NCBI GenBank assembly: GCA_963844715.1
Contig: CAWJPJ010000008.1
Location: 544,001 to 608,000 of the forward strand
Direction of reading: 5' to 3'
Length of the DNA stretch: 64,000 nt
Origin: an uncultured Phycisphaerales bacterium
GTDB taxonomy: Bacteria; Planctomycetota; Phycisphaerae; Tepidisphaerales; Tepidisphaeraceae
Shown: positions 10,319 through 21,350 of the stretch, piece after piece
Layout of the letters: every line of letters begins with the position of its first letter
Position numbering within the stretch: the first letter of the stretch is position 1
Notes under the pieces: model-generated
The model's input: the letters and a program-made list of their open reading frames with translations, nothing else
Databases searched by the model: none
Told to the model about the DNA's origin: nothing
Made by a program: the position numbers and the translations under genes

Positions 10319-11383
10319 ATGACCGCGACTAATCATGTGACACGGGAAGAAGTGGCTGCTCCGTCACGCAAAGGCAAGGCGCTTCGCATCTTAATCATCC
10401 TGGCGATCGTCGCCGCGACGGTCGGGTTCTTGTTTTGGCTGCACGAGCGGAACTATGAATCGACGGACGACGCGTTCATCGACGGGCATGTGATCGATAT
10501 CAGCCCGAAGGTGGGGGCGATCGTGGAGAAGGTTTTTGTCGACGACAACGAGATGGTGAAGAAGGGGCAGGTGCTGGTCGAATTGGACAAGCGGGATTAC
10601 CGGGCGGCGATGATCCAGGCGATGGGGAACTTCGAGGCGGCCAAGGGGAAGGTTTTGGAATCGCAGGCGCAGATCGACGTGGATGAAGCCGACGTGGGGC
10701 AGGCAGAGGCGGAGTTGGTGGTGGCGCAGACGAACGCGCAAAACTCGGACGACGATTTTAGGCGTTGGGCGGCGCTGGACGAGCGGGCGCGATCGAAGGA
10801 GCAGATGGATAACGCGACGGCTTCGCAGAAATCGACGGCGGCGCTAGTTCTCCAGGCCAAGGCGAAGGTGACCTCGACGCAGGCGCAGGTCTTGGACGCG
10901 ACGACGAATTTGGAGATTGCCAAGGCGAACGTGGACGCGGCGCAAGGGGCGCTGGACCAGGCGATGAACAACCTGAATTATTGCACGATTCGCGCCGAGA
11001 CGGATGGCGTCGTGACGCGAAAGAGCGCTGAAGAGGGGATGTACGTGGAAGTGGGGCAGCAGTTGCTTTCGATCGTCCCGACGGACGTGTGGGTGACGGC
11101 GGATTTCAAGGAGACGCAACTGGACCGGATCGAGCCGGGGCAGTCGGTGGAGATGGAGGTGGACGCGTATCCGGGTCGGACGCTGCACGGGACGGTGCAG
11201 AGCGTGCAGAACGGGACGGGGTCGCGGTTTTCGCTGCTGCCGCCGGAGAATGCGACGGGGAATTATGTGAAGGTTGTGCAGCGGGTGCCGGTGAAGATCG
11301 TATTGGATCCGGGAGAGAACGACGATTTGGATCATCTCTTGTCGCCGGGGATGTCGGTGGAGCCGTGGGTGAAGGTCAGGTAA
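10319..11383 (+). CDS. EmrA/HlyD-family membrane fusion protein
   Basis: ESTDDAFIDG, FSLLPPENATGNYVKVVQRVPVKI. Confidence 0.93.
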   Translation: MTATNHVTREEVAAPSRKGKALRILIILAIVAATVGFLFWLHERNYESTDDAFIDGHVIDISPKVGAIVEKVFVDDNEMVKKGQVLVELDKRDYRAAMIQAMGNFEAAKGKVLESQAQIDVDEADVGQAEAELVVAQTNAQNSDDDFRRWAALDERARSKEQMDNATASQKSTAALVLQAKAKVTSTQAQVLDATTNLEIAKANVDAAQGALDQAMNNLNYCTIRAETDGVVTRKSAEEGMYVEVGQQLLSIVPTDVWVTADFKETQLDRIEPGQSVEMEVDAYPGRTLHGTVQSVQNGTGSRFSLLPPENATGNYVKVVQRVPVKIVLDPGENDDLDHLLSPGMSVEPWVKVR

Positions 11384-11389
11384 TCGTGC

Positions 11390-12949
11390 ATGCGTGTGAA
11401 CCCGTGGCTGATTGCGGTCGTCGTATCGATTGCGACGTTCATGGAGGTGCTGGACACGAGCATCGCCAACGTGTCGTTGCAGCACATCGCGGGGAGTATG
11501 TCGGCCAGCCAGGATGAGAGCACCTGGGTTCTGACCAGCTATCTGGTGAGCAACGCGATCGTGCTGCCGATCAGCGGGTGGCTGGCGACGGTGATCGGGC
11601 GAAAACGCTTTTATATGCTGTGCGTGGCGTTGTTCACGTGCAGTTCCTTGCTTTGCGGACTGGCGCCGTCGCTGAGCTGGCTGATTATTTTCCGGGTGAT
11701 CCAGGGGATCGGGGGCGGCGGGCTGCAGCCGAGCGAGCAGGCGATTCTTGCGGATACCTTTACGCCAAAGCAGCGCGGGCAGGCGTTTGCGGTTTATGGA
11801 ATCGCGGTGGTGGTTGCGCCGGCGATCGGGCCGACCTTGGGGGGATGGATCACGGATAATTTTTCCTGGCGGTGGATTTTCTTTATCAACGTGCCGGTGG
11901 GAATCATCAGCCTGATGCTGGTGAGCCAGCTTTTGAAGGAATCGGCGGCGTCGGTTGCGCAGACGGCGAAGGTGCGGGCGAAGGGATTCAAGGTGGATTA
12001 CATCGGGTTCTCGTTCGTCGCGCTGGGATTGGGATCGCTGCAGGTGGTGCTGGACAAGGGACAGGAAGACGACTGGCTGTCGAGCAATTTCATCCTTTTC
12101 TTCACGATCGTGGCGACGATCGGCATTATCGGGGTGATTCTTTGGGAATTTCACACGGATGATCCGATTGTCGATTTACCGCTGCTGAAAAAGTTCAATT
12201 TCGCTTTTACGAACATCATGATGTTCGCGATCGGGTTTATTTTGTTCGGGACGACGCAGCTTTTGCCGCAATATACGCAGAGTTTGCTGGGATATACGGC
12301 CACGCAGGCGGGGCTGGTGATCTCGCCGGGGGGATTCGCGGTGATGGCGTGCATGCCGCTGGCGGGGTATCTGGTCGGGCGCGTGCAGGCGAAATGGCTG
12401 ATCATGGCGGGGATGTTCATCGAGGGGATGGCGCTGATTTACATGACCAATTTCGATACGCAGGTTTCGTTTTCGACGCTGGCGCTGGCGCGGGTGTTTC
12501 AGGCGTCGGGGCTGGCGTTTTTGTTCGTGCCGATCAACACGGTGGCATACAGCGGGCTGCCGCCGGGGAAGAGCAATCATGCTTCGGCGCTGATCAATTT
12601 GTCGCGCAATTTGGGGGGGGGCATCGGCGTTTCGCTGGCCAACACCATGCTATTCCGCCGGACGCAATTCCATCAATCGAACCTGGTGGCGAACGCATCG
12701 GCGGGGAATCCGATTTATCTATCGGCGGTGAAGTCGATCTCGACGAGGCTGATGCGCGAGGGCTTGAGTTCGACGGCGGCGCATCAGCACGCAATTGGGG
12801 TGATTTATGCAAATTTGCAGCGGCAGGCGACGATGCTTTCGTATATCGATGTATTCAAAACGCTGGCGATCGCGTCGTTCGCGATGATCGGACTGATCTT
12901 CTTTTTGAAAAAGCAGCGTCCGGGGGAACAGGTGGAGGCGGCGCATTAG
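11390..12949 (+). CDS. EmrB/DHA2-family MFS efflux permease
   Basis: FMEVLDTSIANV, TWVLTSYL, GPTLGGWITDNFSWRWIFFINVP; multiple TM segments. Confidence 0.94.
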   Translation: MRVNPWLIAVVVSIATFMEVLDTSIANVSLQHIAGSMSASQDESTWVLTSYLVSNAIVLPISGWLATVIGRKRFYMLCVALFTCSSLLCGLAPSLSWLIIFRVIQGIGGGGLQPSEQAILADTFTPKQRGQAFAVYGIAVVVAPAIGPTLGGWITDNFSWRWIFFINVPVGIISLMLVSQLLKESAASVAQTAKVRAKGFKVDYIGFSFVALGLGSLQVVLDKGQEDDWLSSNFILFFTIVATIGIIGVILWEFHTDDPIVDLPLLKKFNFAFTNIMMFAIGFILFGTTQLLPQYTQSLLGYTATQAGLVISPGGFAVMACMPLAGYLVGRVQAKWLIMAGMFIEGMALIYMTNFDTQVSFSTLALARVFQASGLAFLFVPINTVAYSGLPPGKSNHASALINLSRNLGGGIGVSLANTMLFRRTQFHQSNLVANASAGNPIYLSAVKSISTRLMREGLSSTAAHQHAIGVIYANLQRQATMLSYIDVFKTLAIASFAMIGLIFFLKKQRPGEQVEAAH

Positions 12950-12973
12950 AGTTCGTACGAAGGTGAGCCGGGC

Positions 12974-14569
12974 ATGCGGAAATTTATATTGATTGCTGGA
13001 ATGACGGCGGCTTTGACGGGATGCGAAGTGGGTCCGGACTACAAGCCGCCGAATATCACGGTGCGGCCGGATTTTGCGGAGAGCGCGTCGACGCAGCCGT
13101 CGGGGGCGGCGCTGGCGTCGATGAAATGGTGGGAAACGTTTCACGATCCGGTGCTTAATTCTCTGATTGCGCGGGCGGTGCGGGGGAATCTGAATCTTCA
13201 GACGGCGGGGTCGCGGCTGCGGCAGGCGCGGGCGCAGCGCGGGGTGGTGGGGTCGGAACTTTGGCCGACGGTTAACGCGGATGCGGGGTATCAGAACGGG
13301 CGAGGAAGCAAGAATGTGGTGATTCCGGCGGGAGCGTTTGGGTCGGCGTTTCCATCCGCGTCGCCGACGGCTTCGCCCCTGGTGGTTCCGCAGGCGATTC
13401 CCGGGCAGGCGACGCCGGCGCAGGCGACGGCCACGGGAGGGTCGGGGGCAGCCGCGGGGACGGGATCGACGGCGGGCCTTGCGCCGCTGAGCCCGCTGGG
13501 AGAGGGCGGGCTGCCGGGAGTGGAGACGCAGCTTTATCAGGGCGGTTTCGACGCGTCATGGGAGCTGGACGTTTTTGGCGGACATAGGAGGGATATCGAG
13601 GCGGCGGATGCGGATACGGCAGCGGCGATCGAGGATGTGCGCGATGTGCTGGTCTCGCTCGAGGCGGAAGTGGCGCGAATTTATGTCGAGCTGCGCAGCA
13701 ATCAGAGGCAGCTTCAGATCGCGACGGATAATCTGCACGATCAGCAGGAGACGCTGGAGCTGACGCGGTCGCGGTATCACGCGGGGTTCGTGACGCAATT
13801 GGACGTGGCGCGGCAGGCGGCGCAAGTGGCTTCGACGGCGGCGACGCTGCCGGTATATGAGCAATTTATCCAAAGCGATATTCATCAACTGGGGATTTTG
13901 CTCGGACAGGATCCGGATTCGCTGATGGATGAGCTGAGCGAGCCGGGGGCGATGCCGGCGGCGGCGCCGGACGTGCCGGTGGGGGTTCCGGCGGAATTGC
14001 TGAGGCGCAGGCCGGATATTCGGCGCGCGGAGCGGGAGTTGGCGGCGGCGTCGGCGCGGATTGGCGTGGCCGAGGCTGATCTGTATCCGAAATTCGAATT
14101 GACGGGGCAGCTTGGGATCGACAGTTCGAACATCAATAATCTGATTGAATGGAACAGCCGGTATTTTGCGCTCAATCCGGGGGTGAGCTGGCCGATTTTC
14201 GACGCGGGGCGAATCCGGTCGAATATCAACGTGCAAAAGGAACTGACGCGGCAGGCGGCGGTGAATTATCAGAAGACCGTGCTGCAGGCGCTGGATGAAG
14301 TGGAAGATGCGCTGGCGTCGTATCGGCTGGAACAGCTTCGCCGCAAGGCGCTGGCGGATGCCGTGGACGCGGCGCAGCAGGCGGTGGACCTGGCCAAGCA
14401 GCAGTATCAGCAGGGCGTGATCGATTTTTTGTCGGTGCTGGATGCGCAGCGGTCGCTGTTTGAGGCGCAAACGGTGCTGGCGCAAAGCGACGCGTCGATT
14501 TCGACGGATCTGGTGGCGCTATACAAGGCCCTGGGCGGGGGATGGCAGATCGCTTCGGCGCAGCCTTAA
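12974..14569 (+). CDS. Efflux outer-membrane lipoprotein (NodT/OprM/TolC family)
   Basis: Lipobox LTGC-EVGPDY, SWELDVFG, LLRRRPDIRRAE, LYKALGGGW. Confidence 0.94.
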   Translation: MRKFILIAGMTAALTGCEVGPDYKPPNITVRPDFAESASTQPSGAALASMKWWETFHDPVLNSLIARAVRGNLNLQTAGSRLRQARAQRGVVGSELWPTVNADAGYQNGRGSKNVVIPAGAFGSAFPSASPTASPLVVPQAIPGQATPAQATATGGSGAAAGTGSTAGLAPLSPLGEGGLPGVETQLYQGGFDASWELDVFGGHRRDIEAADADTAAAIEDVRDVLVSLEAEVARIYVELRSNQRQLQIATDNLHDQQETLELTRSRYHAGFVTQLDVARQAAQVASTAATLPVYEQFIQSDIHQLGILLGQDPDSLMDELSEPGAMPAAAPDVPVGVPAELLRRRPDIRRAERELAAASARIGVAEADLYPKFELTGQLGIDSSNINNLIEWNSRYFALNPGVSWPIFDAGRIRSNINVQKELTRQAAVNYQKTVLQALDEVEDALASYRLEQLRRKALADAVDAAQQAVDLAKQQYQQGVIDFLSVLDAQRSLFEAQTVLAQSDASISTDLVALYKALGGGWQIASAQP

Positions 14570-14685
14570 ATGCAACCGCGGAGACGCGGAGACACAGAGA
14601 CAAACGCGGAGAAAACCAATTCAATTCTTTAAAAAAATGAATTTGAATTCTCCGCGTTTTGCTCCGCGTCTCCGCGGTTGCATTT
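14568..14685. repeat. Intergenic long hairpin built from CGCGGAGA units
   Basis: 24-bp perfect IR AAATGCAACCGCGGAGACGCGGAG (14568-14591 / 14662-14685) plus inner IR AAACGCGGAGA; AT-rich loop. Confidence 0.85.
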
Positions 14686-14729
14686 TCCGCGCGTGAATTT
14701 GTGAGAATGAGTCCCTACAATCCGAATCC

Positions 14730-15251
14730 ATGGACGAGCAGATTATTGTGAATTTTGACGGGGGGAGTCGGGGGAATCCTGGGGTGGCGGGGACGGGGGT
14801 GGTGATCAAGGCCTTGGATGGGACGCCGCTGATTACGGTGGGGCGGTATATTGGGCATGCGACGAATAATGTCGCGGAATATATGGCGCTGATCGACGGT
14901 TTGCGGCAGGCTAAGAAGCTCGGGGCTCGGAATCTGCTTATTCGCGGGGACAGCGAATTGATCATCAAGCAGATGCGCGGGGAATATCGCGTTAAAAATG
15001 AGGCGCTGCGGGATTTGTTTACGGAAGCCTCGAAATTGGCGGGGCTATTTCAATCGGTGCTTTACGAACATAATCTGCGCGAGAAGAATTCGCTGGCGGA
15101 TCGATTGGCGAATCTGGCGATGGATCGGCGGACGGATGTGACGGACGCGGATGAATTGGCGCCGTGCGCGCCGTCGCCGGCGCGGGTGGGGAGGGGGAAT
15201 GTGGTGTGTCCGAATTGCGGGTGTGAATTTCAGCCGGGAGGAAAACAGTAA
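14730..15251 (+). CDS. rnhA: Ribonuclease HI family protein with short C-terminal Cys motif
   Basis: FDGGSRGNPG, TNNVAEY, GDSELIIKQ, NSLADRLAN; C-terminal CPNCG. Confidence 0.88.
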   Translation: MDEQIIVNFDGGSRGNPGVAGTGVVIKALDGTPLITVGRYIGHATNNVAEYMALIDGLRQAKKLGARNLLIRGDSELIIKQMRGEYRVKNEALRDLFTEASKLAGLFQSVLYEHNLREKNSLADRLANLAMDRRTDVTDADELAPCAPSPARVGRGNVVCPNCGCEFQPGGKQ

Positions 15252-15847
15252 TGGGCGAGAATCCGCGGATAGAACAATTTCGGAAAATGGCGGAAGCCGA
15301 TCCGACCAATGAGTTGGGGCATTTTTCGCTGGGGAAGGCGTATCTGGACGCCGGGAACGCGGCGGCGGCGATCGCGCCGCTGCAGCGGGCGCTGGAGTTG
15401 AATCCGGATGTGACGCGGGCGTATCAGTTTCTGGCGCAGGCGATGCTCAAGGAGAATCGGTCGCCGGAGGCGGTCGAGACGCTGACGAAGGGGGTGGAGA
15501 TCGCGACGAAGCGCGGGGATTTGCGCCGCGGAACGAGATGGTGAAGATGCTGAAGGACTTGGGCGGCGCCGGTCGCGGAATTGCCGGCGAGCGTGCCGCA
15601 GGTCAGCGCGGGGGAGGGGGAAGTGGTTTGCAATCGGTGCGGGCGGGCGGGGAAGAGGCTGCCTTCACAGCCGTTTAGTGCGCCGCTGGGGAAGGAGATT
15701 TTTGAGAAAATCTGCGCGAATTGCTGGCGGGAATGGATTGGGATGGGGACGAAGGTGATTAATGAATTGCGACTGCCGCTTTCGGATCCGCAGGCGCAGA
15801 AGATTTACGATCAGCATATGCGGGAGTTTCTCAATTTGACGAAGTGA
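15251..15847 (+). CDS. TPR + Fe(II)-trafficking (YggX-like) fusion protein (frameshift near 15530)
   Basis: TPR half (ELGHFSLGKAY) followed by CNRC...GKEIFEKICANCWREWI...INELRL...MREFL. Confidence 0.82.
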
Positions 15848-15852
15848 ATGAT

Positions 15853-15874
15853 CCGGTGCAACAAGTTGCACCGG
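15853..15874. terminator. Perfect hairpin between convergent genes (terminator or REP-like)
   Basis: CCGGTGCAAC-AA-GTTGCACCGG. Confidence 0.5.
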
Positions 15875-15898
15875 CTTCGCGGGAGTGGGGTTTCAAAT

Positions 15899-16815
15899 TC
15901 AATCGTTCGGGGAAGGCTCGGTTTGCGGGGCGCCGCCGAGGAAGGCGTGGTATTTCATCCAGTTCATGGCTAGCGTCGGCCAGATGCCGTGGGGGTCGTT
16001 GCTGGGTTTTAGGGCGAAGCCGTGGCGGCCTTCGCTGAAGACGTGGAGTTCGGCGCTGACGCCGGCTTCGTTGAGGGCGACATAATAGAAGACGGCGTGC
16101 TCGTTTCCGTCCTTGTCGTTGTCGCTGCTGCTTCTGTCGTCTTGGGCGACGGCGAGGAAAGTGGGGGGAGTTTGTTTGGTGACTTTGATTTCGGGCTTGA
16201 GGCGGTGGGTGCCGTCTTTCAGGGTGAGATCGCCCGGATAGATGGCCAGGGCGACATCGGGGCGCGAGGCTTGTGGAGAGTCGTACTGGTCTACGGGGTC
16301 GTAGGTAAGCTGATCGAAGTGGGTGGAGACGCCGGCGACGAGGCGGCCGCCGGCGGAGAAGCCGATGACGCCGATTCGATTGGGATCGATTTGCCACTGG
16401 GAGGCCATGCCGCGGACGAGGCAGAGGGCGCGCTGGGCGTCCTGCATGGCGATGAATTCCTTGGGCTGACCCTTGTGGGGCGGGACGCGGTATTTGACGA
16501 CGATGGCGGTGATTCCTTCGCTGGAAAGCCACTGGGCGATGGTGGGGCCTTCTTTTTTGACGACGATTTTGCCGAATCCGCCGCCGGGGAAGACGAGGAG
16601 GGCGGCGCCGGCATTTTTGCTCGGGTCGGCGCGCAGACGGAGAGGGTCGGGACGGAGACGTTTGTGATGTCGAGGCCGATGGGTTTTTCGGGAGGAGGAT
16701 TGGGGGATTCGCCGGGGGCGGCGGCGGGCCAGAGATTGAGCGTGAAATCGGCGGGGCGAGGAGAAGTTGTGCAGGCGGAGAGGAAGACTGTCATGGCTAG
16801 CAAAAGTTTACGCAT
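15899..16815 (-). CDS. Alpha/beta hydrolase (esterase-like lipoprotein), frameshifted
   Basis: Signal/lipobox VFLSAC; FPGGG, IGVIGFSAGG nucleophile elbow, AELHVFSEGRHGF. Confidence 0.85.
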
Positions 16816-16823
16816 CGCGGTCA

Positions 16824-16910
16824 TCCGAAATCCGAAACCAGAAACCAGAAATCCGAATCAAACCAGAAACCCGAATGACCGAATGCTGTGGCTTATTATG
16901 GTTTCGGAAT
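16824..16910. repeat. (GAAATCC/GAAACCA)n heptamer repeat, copy 1
   Basis: Matches the reverse complement of 23737-23798 nearly base for base. Confidence 0.8.
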
Positions 16911-16951
16911 TGGTTCGCCCGCCTCGGCGGGTGGCCTTGTCTTTCGATATC

Positions 16952-17981
16952 TTATTCGACCGTCCACGTCTCATGGCCCGTTACCAATTCTTGCAAATCT
17001 CCTTGGCCGTTGGTTTGGATGGCTTGGGCGATTTGTTGGCGGACCAGGTCGTCGTAGCAGGGTTGCTGGATGGCGCGGAAGACGCCGAGGGGTTCGGGGA
17101 AATCGGGTTGTCGCATTCGGCTTAAGAGGAAAGCGAGGGTCGGGTCGGGGGCTTTTTCGTCGTGGATGAGGAGGTCGTCGGGGGTGACGTTTTTGAGATC
17201 GACGATTTCGGGGGTTACGCCGTTGAGGCGGATGCCCTTGTCGAGGTTCTTGCCGAAGATGAGGGGTTTGCCGTGCTCGAGGTAGAGGGTGGTGTCGCTC
17301 TTGCGGGTTTTGTCGGTGGCGTAGTCGTAGGCGCCGTCGTTGAAGATGTTGCAGTTCTGGTAGATCTCGACGAAGGCGGTGCCGACGTGCGCGGCGGCGC
17401 GCTCGAGGACGTATTCGAGATGCTTAAGGTCGACGTCGATGGCGCGGGCGGCGAAAGTGGCTTCGGCGCCGATGGCGATGCTGATGGGGCGGATGGGGAA
17501 TTCGGGGGCGCCCATCGGGGCTGCTCTTGGTTTTCTTGCCTTGCTCGCTGGTGGGGGAGTATTGGCCCTTGGTGAGGCCGTAGATTCGGTTGTTGAAGAG
17601 GAGGACTTTGAGATTGACGTTTCGGCGGATGAGGTGCATGAAGTGATTGCCGCCGATGGAGAGCGCGTCGCCGTCGCCGGTGACCATCCAGACGGTGAGG
17701 TCCGGGCGGGCTAGGGTGAGTCCGGTGGCGAGGGTAGGGGCGCGGCCGTGGACGGTGTGGAAGCCGAAAGTGTTCATGTAGTAGGGGAATCGGCTGCTGC
17801 ACCCGATGCCGGAGATGAAGACGGTTTTGCTGCGATCCGTGCCGATTTTGGCGAGGACCTTTTTCATCTGGGCAAGGATGGAGTAGTCGCCGCAGCCGGG
17901 GCACCAGCGGACTTCCTGGTCGCTGGCGTAGTCGGCGGGCTTGAGAACGTTGAGGTTGGTGGTGTTGGGGACAACGCTCAT
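16952..17981 (-). CDS. korB: 2-oxoacid:ferredoxin oxidoreductase beta subunit (frameshift near 17520)
   Basis: WCPGCGD, SGIGCSSR, HGRA, GDGDALSIGGNH TPP motif, YGLTKGQYSPT. Confidence 0.93.
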
Positions 17982-18010
17982 CTGGGGATCATCCTCCCTC
18001 GGCGTCAGGA

Positions 18011-19940
18011 CTAATTAAATCGTTGTCGTGAATAAGGCGAAGTTCGGAATCGAGGTCCCGGTTTTCCAGGACCGTTTTGGCGGCGCGGACGAGTTCGGTG
18101 ATGGTGAACGGCTGGCCGCGAACTTTGCTGAGGCCTTTGGCGTCGACGAGGAATTTCCGCGCAAGAGGAGGCGAAGCTGGCCGAGGTTGAGTTCCGGGAC
18201 CAGGAGTTTTTGAATGCTTGGATGAGTTCGCCGAGGCGCTGCGGGAGGGGGTTGATATAGCGAATATGAGCCGCGGAGACGGGGAGGCCGGCCTCGCGGA
18301 GTTGCAGGGTGGCGGCTTTGATGGCGCCGAAGGTTCCGCCCCAGCCTAAGAGAAGGAGGTCGCCGGATTCGGGGCCGGTCATGACGAGATCGTGACCGGC
18401 GGGCTGGATGCCGGCGACTTTTGCGGCGCGGAGGCGGACCATGCGTTCGTGATTGGCGGCGTCGTAGCTGACGGTGCCGGTGATTTCCTGTTTTTCGAGG
18501 CCGCCGATGCGGTGCTCGAGGCCGGGCGTTCCGGGGAGGGCCCAGGGGCGGACGAGATCGGAATTGCGTTTGTAGGGCATGGAACGCGTTCGCCGTTGGC
18601 GGACGGATGCTGGATGGAGATTCTGGGGAGTTTGTCGACGTCGGGAATGAGCCAGGGTTCGGCTCCATTGGCGATGTATCCGTCGGAGAGGAGGACGACG
18701 GGGGTCATGTATCGCGTGGCGATGGTGAAGGCTTCGATGGCCGCCTGGAAGCAGTCGGAAGGGGAGCACGCCGCGATGACGGGGACGGGGCATTCGCCGT
18801 TGCGGCCGTACATGACCTGGAGGAGATCGGCTTGCTCGGTTTTTGTGGGAAGGCCGGTGCTGGGTCCGCCGCGCTGGACATCGACGACGACGACGGGCAA
18901 TTCGGTGATGACGGCCAGACCCATGGCTTCGGACTTGAGGGCGATGCCGGGGCCGCTGGTGCCGGTTGCGCCGAGCGCACCGCCGAAGCTGGCGCCGATG
19001 GCGGCGCCGATGGCGGAGATTTCGTCCTCGGCCTGGAATGTGATGACGCCGAAATGTTTCTGGGCGGCAAGATTATGCAGAATGTCGCTGGCGGGGGTGA
19101 TCGGGTAGCCGCAGTAAACTAACGGCTTACCGGCGAGCCTTGAGGCGGCGATCATCCCCATGGCGAGGGCTTCGTTGCCGGTGATTTTGCGATATTTGCC
19201 TGGCGGGGAGCTTGGCTTTGGGGACCTGGTATTGCTCGTGGAAGAGTTCGGCGGTTTCGCCGTAGTTAAAGCCGGCTTTGAGGGCCAGGGAGTTGGCGAG
19301 GGCGACGGCGGGTTTTTTGGCGAACTTGGCGGCGATGTGCTCGAGGGTCGAGGTCGAGCGGCCTGCCATAGAGCCAATAGACCACGCCGAGGGCGAACAT
19401 GTTTTTGCAGCGATTCGATTCCTTGGTTCCAAGGCCCGATTCCTTGGTGGCGGCGGCGTTGAGCTTGTCGATGGGGACGCGGACGAGGCGATAGCGACTC
19501 AGGGAGCCGTCATCGAGGGGGTTATTGGCGTAGCCGGCCTTGCGGAGGTCGATGGCGGCGAAGGAATCTTCGTCGACGATGATGATGCCGCCGTCGCGGA
19601 CGCTGGAAAGATTGGTCTTGAGGGCGGCGGGGTTCATGGCGACGAGAGCGTCGACTTCATCGCCGGGGGTGAAGATTTCGGTGCTGGCGAAGTGGATTTG
19701 GTATCCGCTGACGCCGGCGAGAGTTCCAGCCGGGGCGCGGATTTCGGCGGGGAAATCGGGGAGGGTGCTGATGTCGTTGCCGATGGCGGCGGAGGTATCG
19801 GTGAATTGCGTCCCGGCGAGCTGCATTCCGTCGCCGCTGTCGCCGGCGAAGCGAACGGTGACGCTGGGGAGGGTGGTGGTAGGCTTGCGCGGCGCGGCGG
19901 ATGGAGCGCCATCCTGGGCCGTATCTGTCGTGGTACTCAT
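18011..19940 (-). CDS. korA: 2-oxoacid:acceptor oxidoreductase alpha subunit (several frameshifts)
   Basis: [49 protein letters not shown] spread over ORFs 19266-19940, 18379-19377, 18011-18793. Confidence 0.93.
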
Positions 19941-20151
19941 TCGTCACAAACCTCTGTCTGATAGCCCAGCCACCCACCGGTGGGGAGCGAATTTCTACTA
20001 ATTCAACATGGATAGTCGAAAGTAGCGTCTTTAGGCTCGCCTCGCAACCCGTGCACTTCTAACCAAATCTTAACTTGCCTAAATTAACTTTTTTTAGTGA
20101 AAACCCTCGATTTTATTGACGCAGAGGGGGTAGAGTGGTTTGATAAGGCGT

Positions 20152-20406
20152 ATGCGGCAGCTGTATCACACCATCATCAAGCCGGAAACGAACGGAGTTT
20201 ACGTAGGATGGGTAGAGGAGATTCCCGGGGCAATGACCTACGGGAAGACCCTGGAGGAGTGCCGGCGGAATCTGCGGGAGTCGCTGCTGATCATGGTCGA
20301 GACACACCGGGACGAGGCGCGGGTGGGACTGGGGCCGGAGTGCATTCAGGAGTCGATCGAAATCGATACGGAGGAGTTGCCGGATCGGTTTGAGTTGCCT
20401 GCCTAA
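20152..20406 (+). CDS. HicB-family antitoxin-like protein (no adjacent hicA)
   Basis: YVGWVEEIPGAMTYGKTLEECRRNLRESL is the HicB partial RNase-H fold signature. Confidence 0.82.
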   Translation: MRQLYHTIIKPETNGVYVGWVEEIPGAMTYGKTLEECRRNLRESLLIMVETHRDEARVGLGPECIQESIEIDTEELPDRFELPA

Positions 20407-20524
20407 TCGGGTCTTTATTTAAGCCCATTCATTAGTCGGTCGCCAAAACTGCAAAGCGCGGATGCTTGAATAGCTCGTTTGACACTGACGCGTGAATCGA
20501 ATGTTGGTTCTACTGCGGGGATGA

Positions 20525-21314
20525 TTAGGCCTTGCGCCAGAACGCGCCTTGCCCGTCAATCGGGGTGATCGACTCGGCGATGTTGTTGCGCTTGCGGTAG
20601 TCGTCGACGGCCTGTCGGCATTCGATGATGTGATTGTATTCGTCGATGATCGCAAATCCGCCGGGGGACAGGCCGGGATAGAGGTTTTCTAGAGCGACCA
20701 TCGTCGACTCGTACATGTCGCCGTCGAGGCGAATCAGGGACCAGCGATGATGGCGCGAGCTTTGGAAGCGAATCGGAAAAAAAACCTTTTATGAATCGGA
20801 TGCGCTCGTCGAGGAGTCCGTAGCGGGCAAAGTTTGCCGCGACCTGTTCCTGGGAGACGGAAAGCAACTCGTACTTGTATAGGTCGATTTTGGCGTCCTG
20901 GGGATAGGCCTCGACGTTGGGGCGGGGAAGGCCCTCGAATGAATCGGCAACGTAAACGTCGCGGTCGTTGGCGTCGTATGCCATGAGCACGGCACGCATG
21001 AATATGGTGCACCCGCCGCGCCACACGCCGGTTTCAATCAGGTCGCCGGGAACATTGTGCTGCAATATTTTTTCGATGCATTCCCGCACGTTCTGGAGAC
21101 GTTTGTGTCCGACCATCGTTTCGGCGTTGAAAGGCAAATCGTTTCCTTCAAGTCGCGGATGAGTGGGAGATAAAGCTTGCAGCGTGACCTGGGTCATATG
21201 GCCGTCGGCCGCCATGGTGTACATGTGAGCGGAGTCGGTGAGCGTCATCTTCAGCAAATCGAGGTAGGCCGAGCGCACTCGCGGCAAAAGGGGATTTGGA
21301 TTTGCGTCGGACAT
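20525..21314 (-). CDS. TylF/MycF/NovP-family O-methyltransferase (frameshift near 20750)
   Basis: TMVGHKRL, PGDLIETGVWRGG, DSFEGLP, RLDGDMYEST, LSPGGFAIIDEY. Confidence 0.9.
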
Positions 21315-21350
21315 GAAGCTCCGTGGAGGATTTTTCGCCGGTTGGCCAGT

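Noticed and set aside
20525..21314. Macrolide biosynthesis cluster around the TylF-like methyltransferase
   Set aside because: No PKS/NRPS or deoxysugar genes nearby; more likely a surface-glycan methyltransferase
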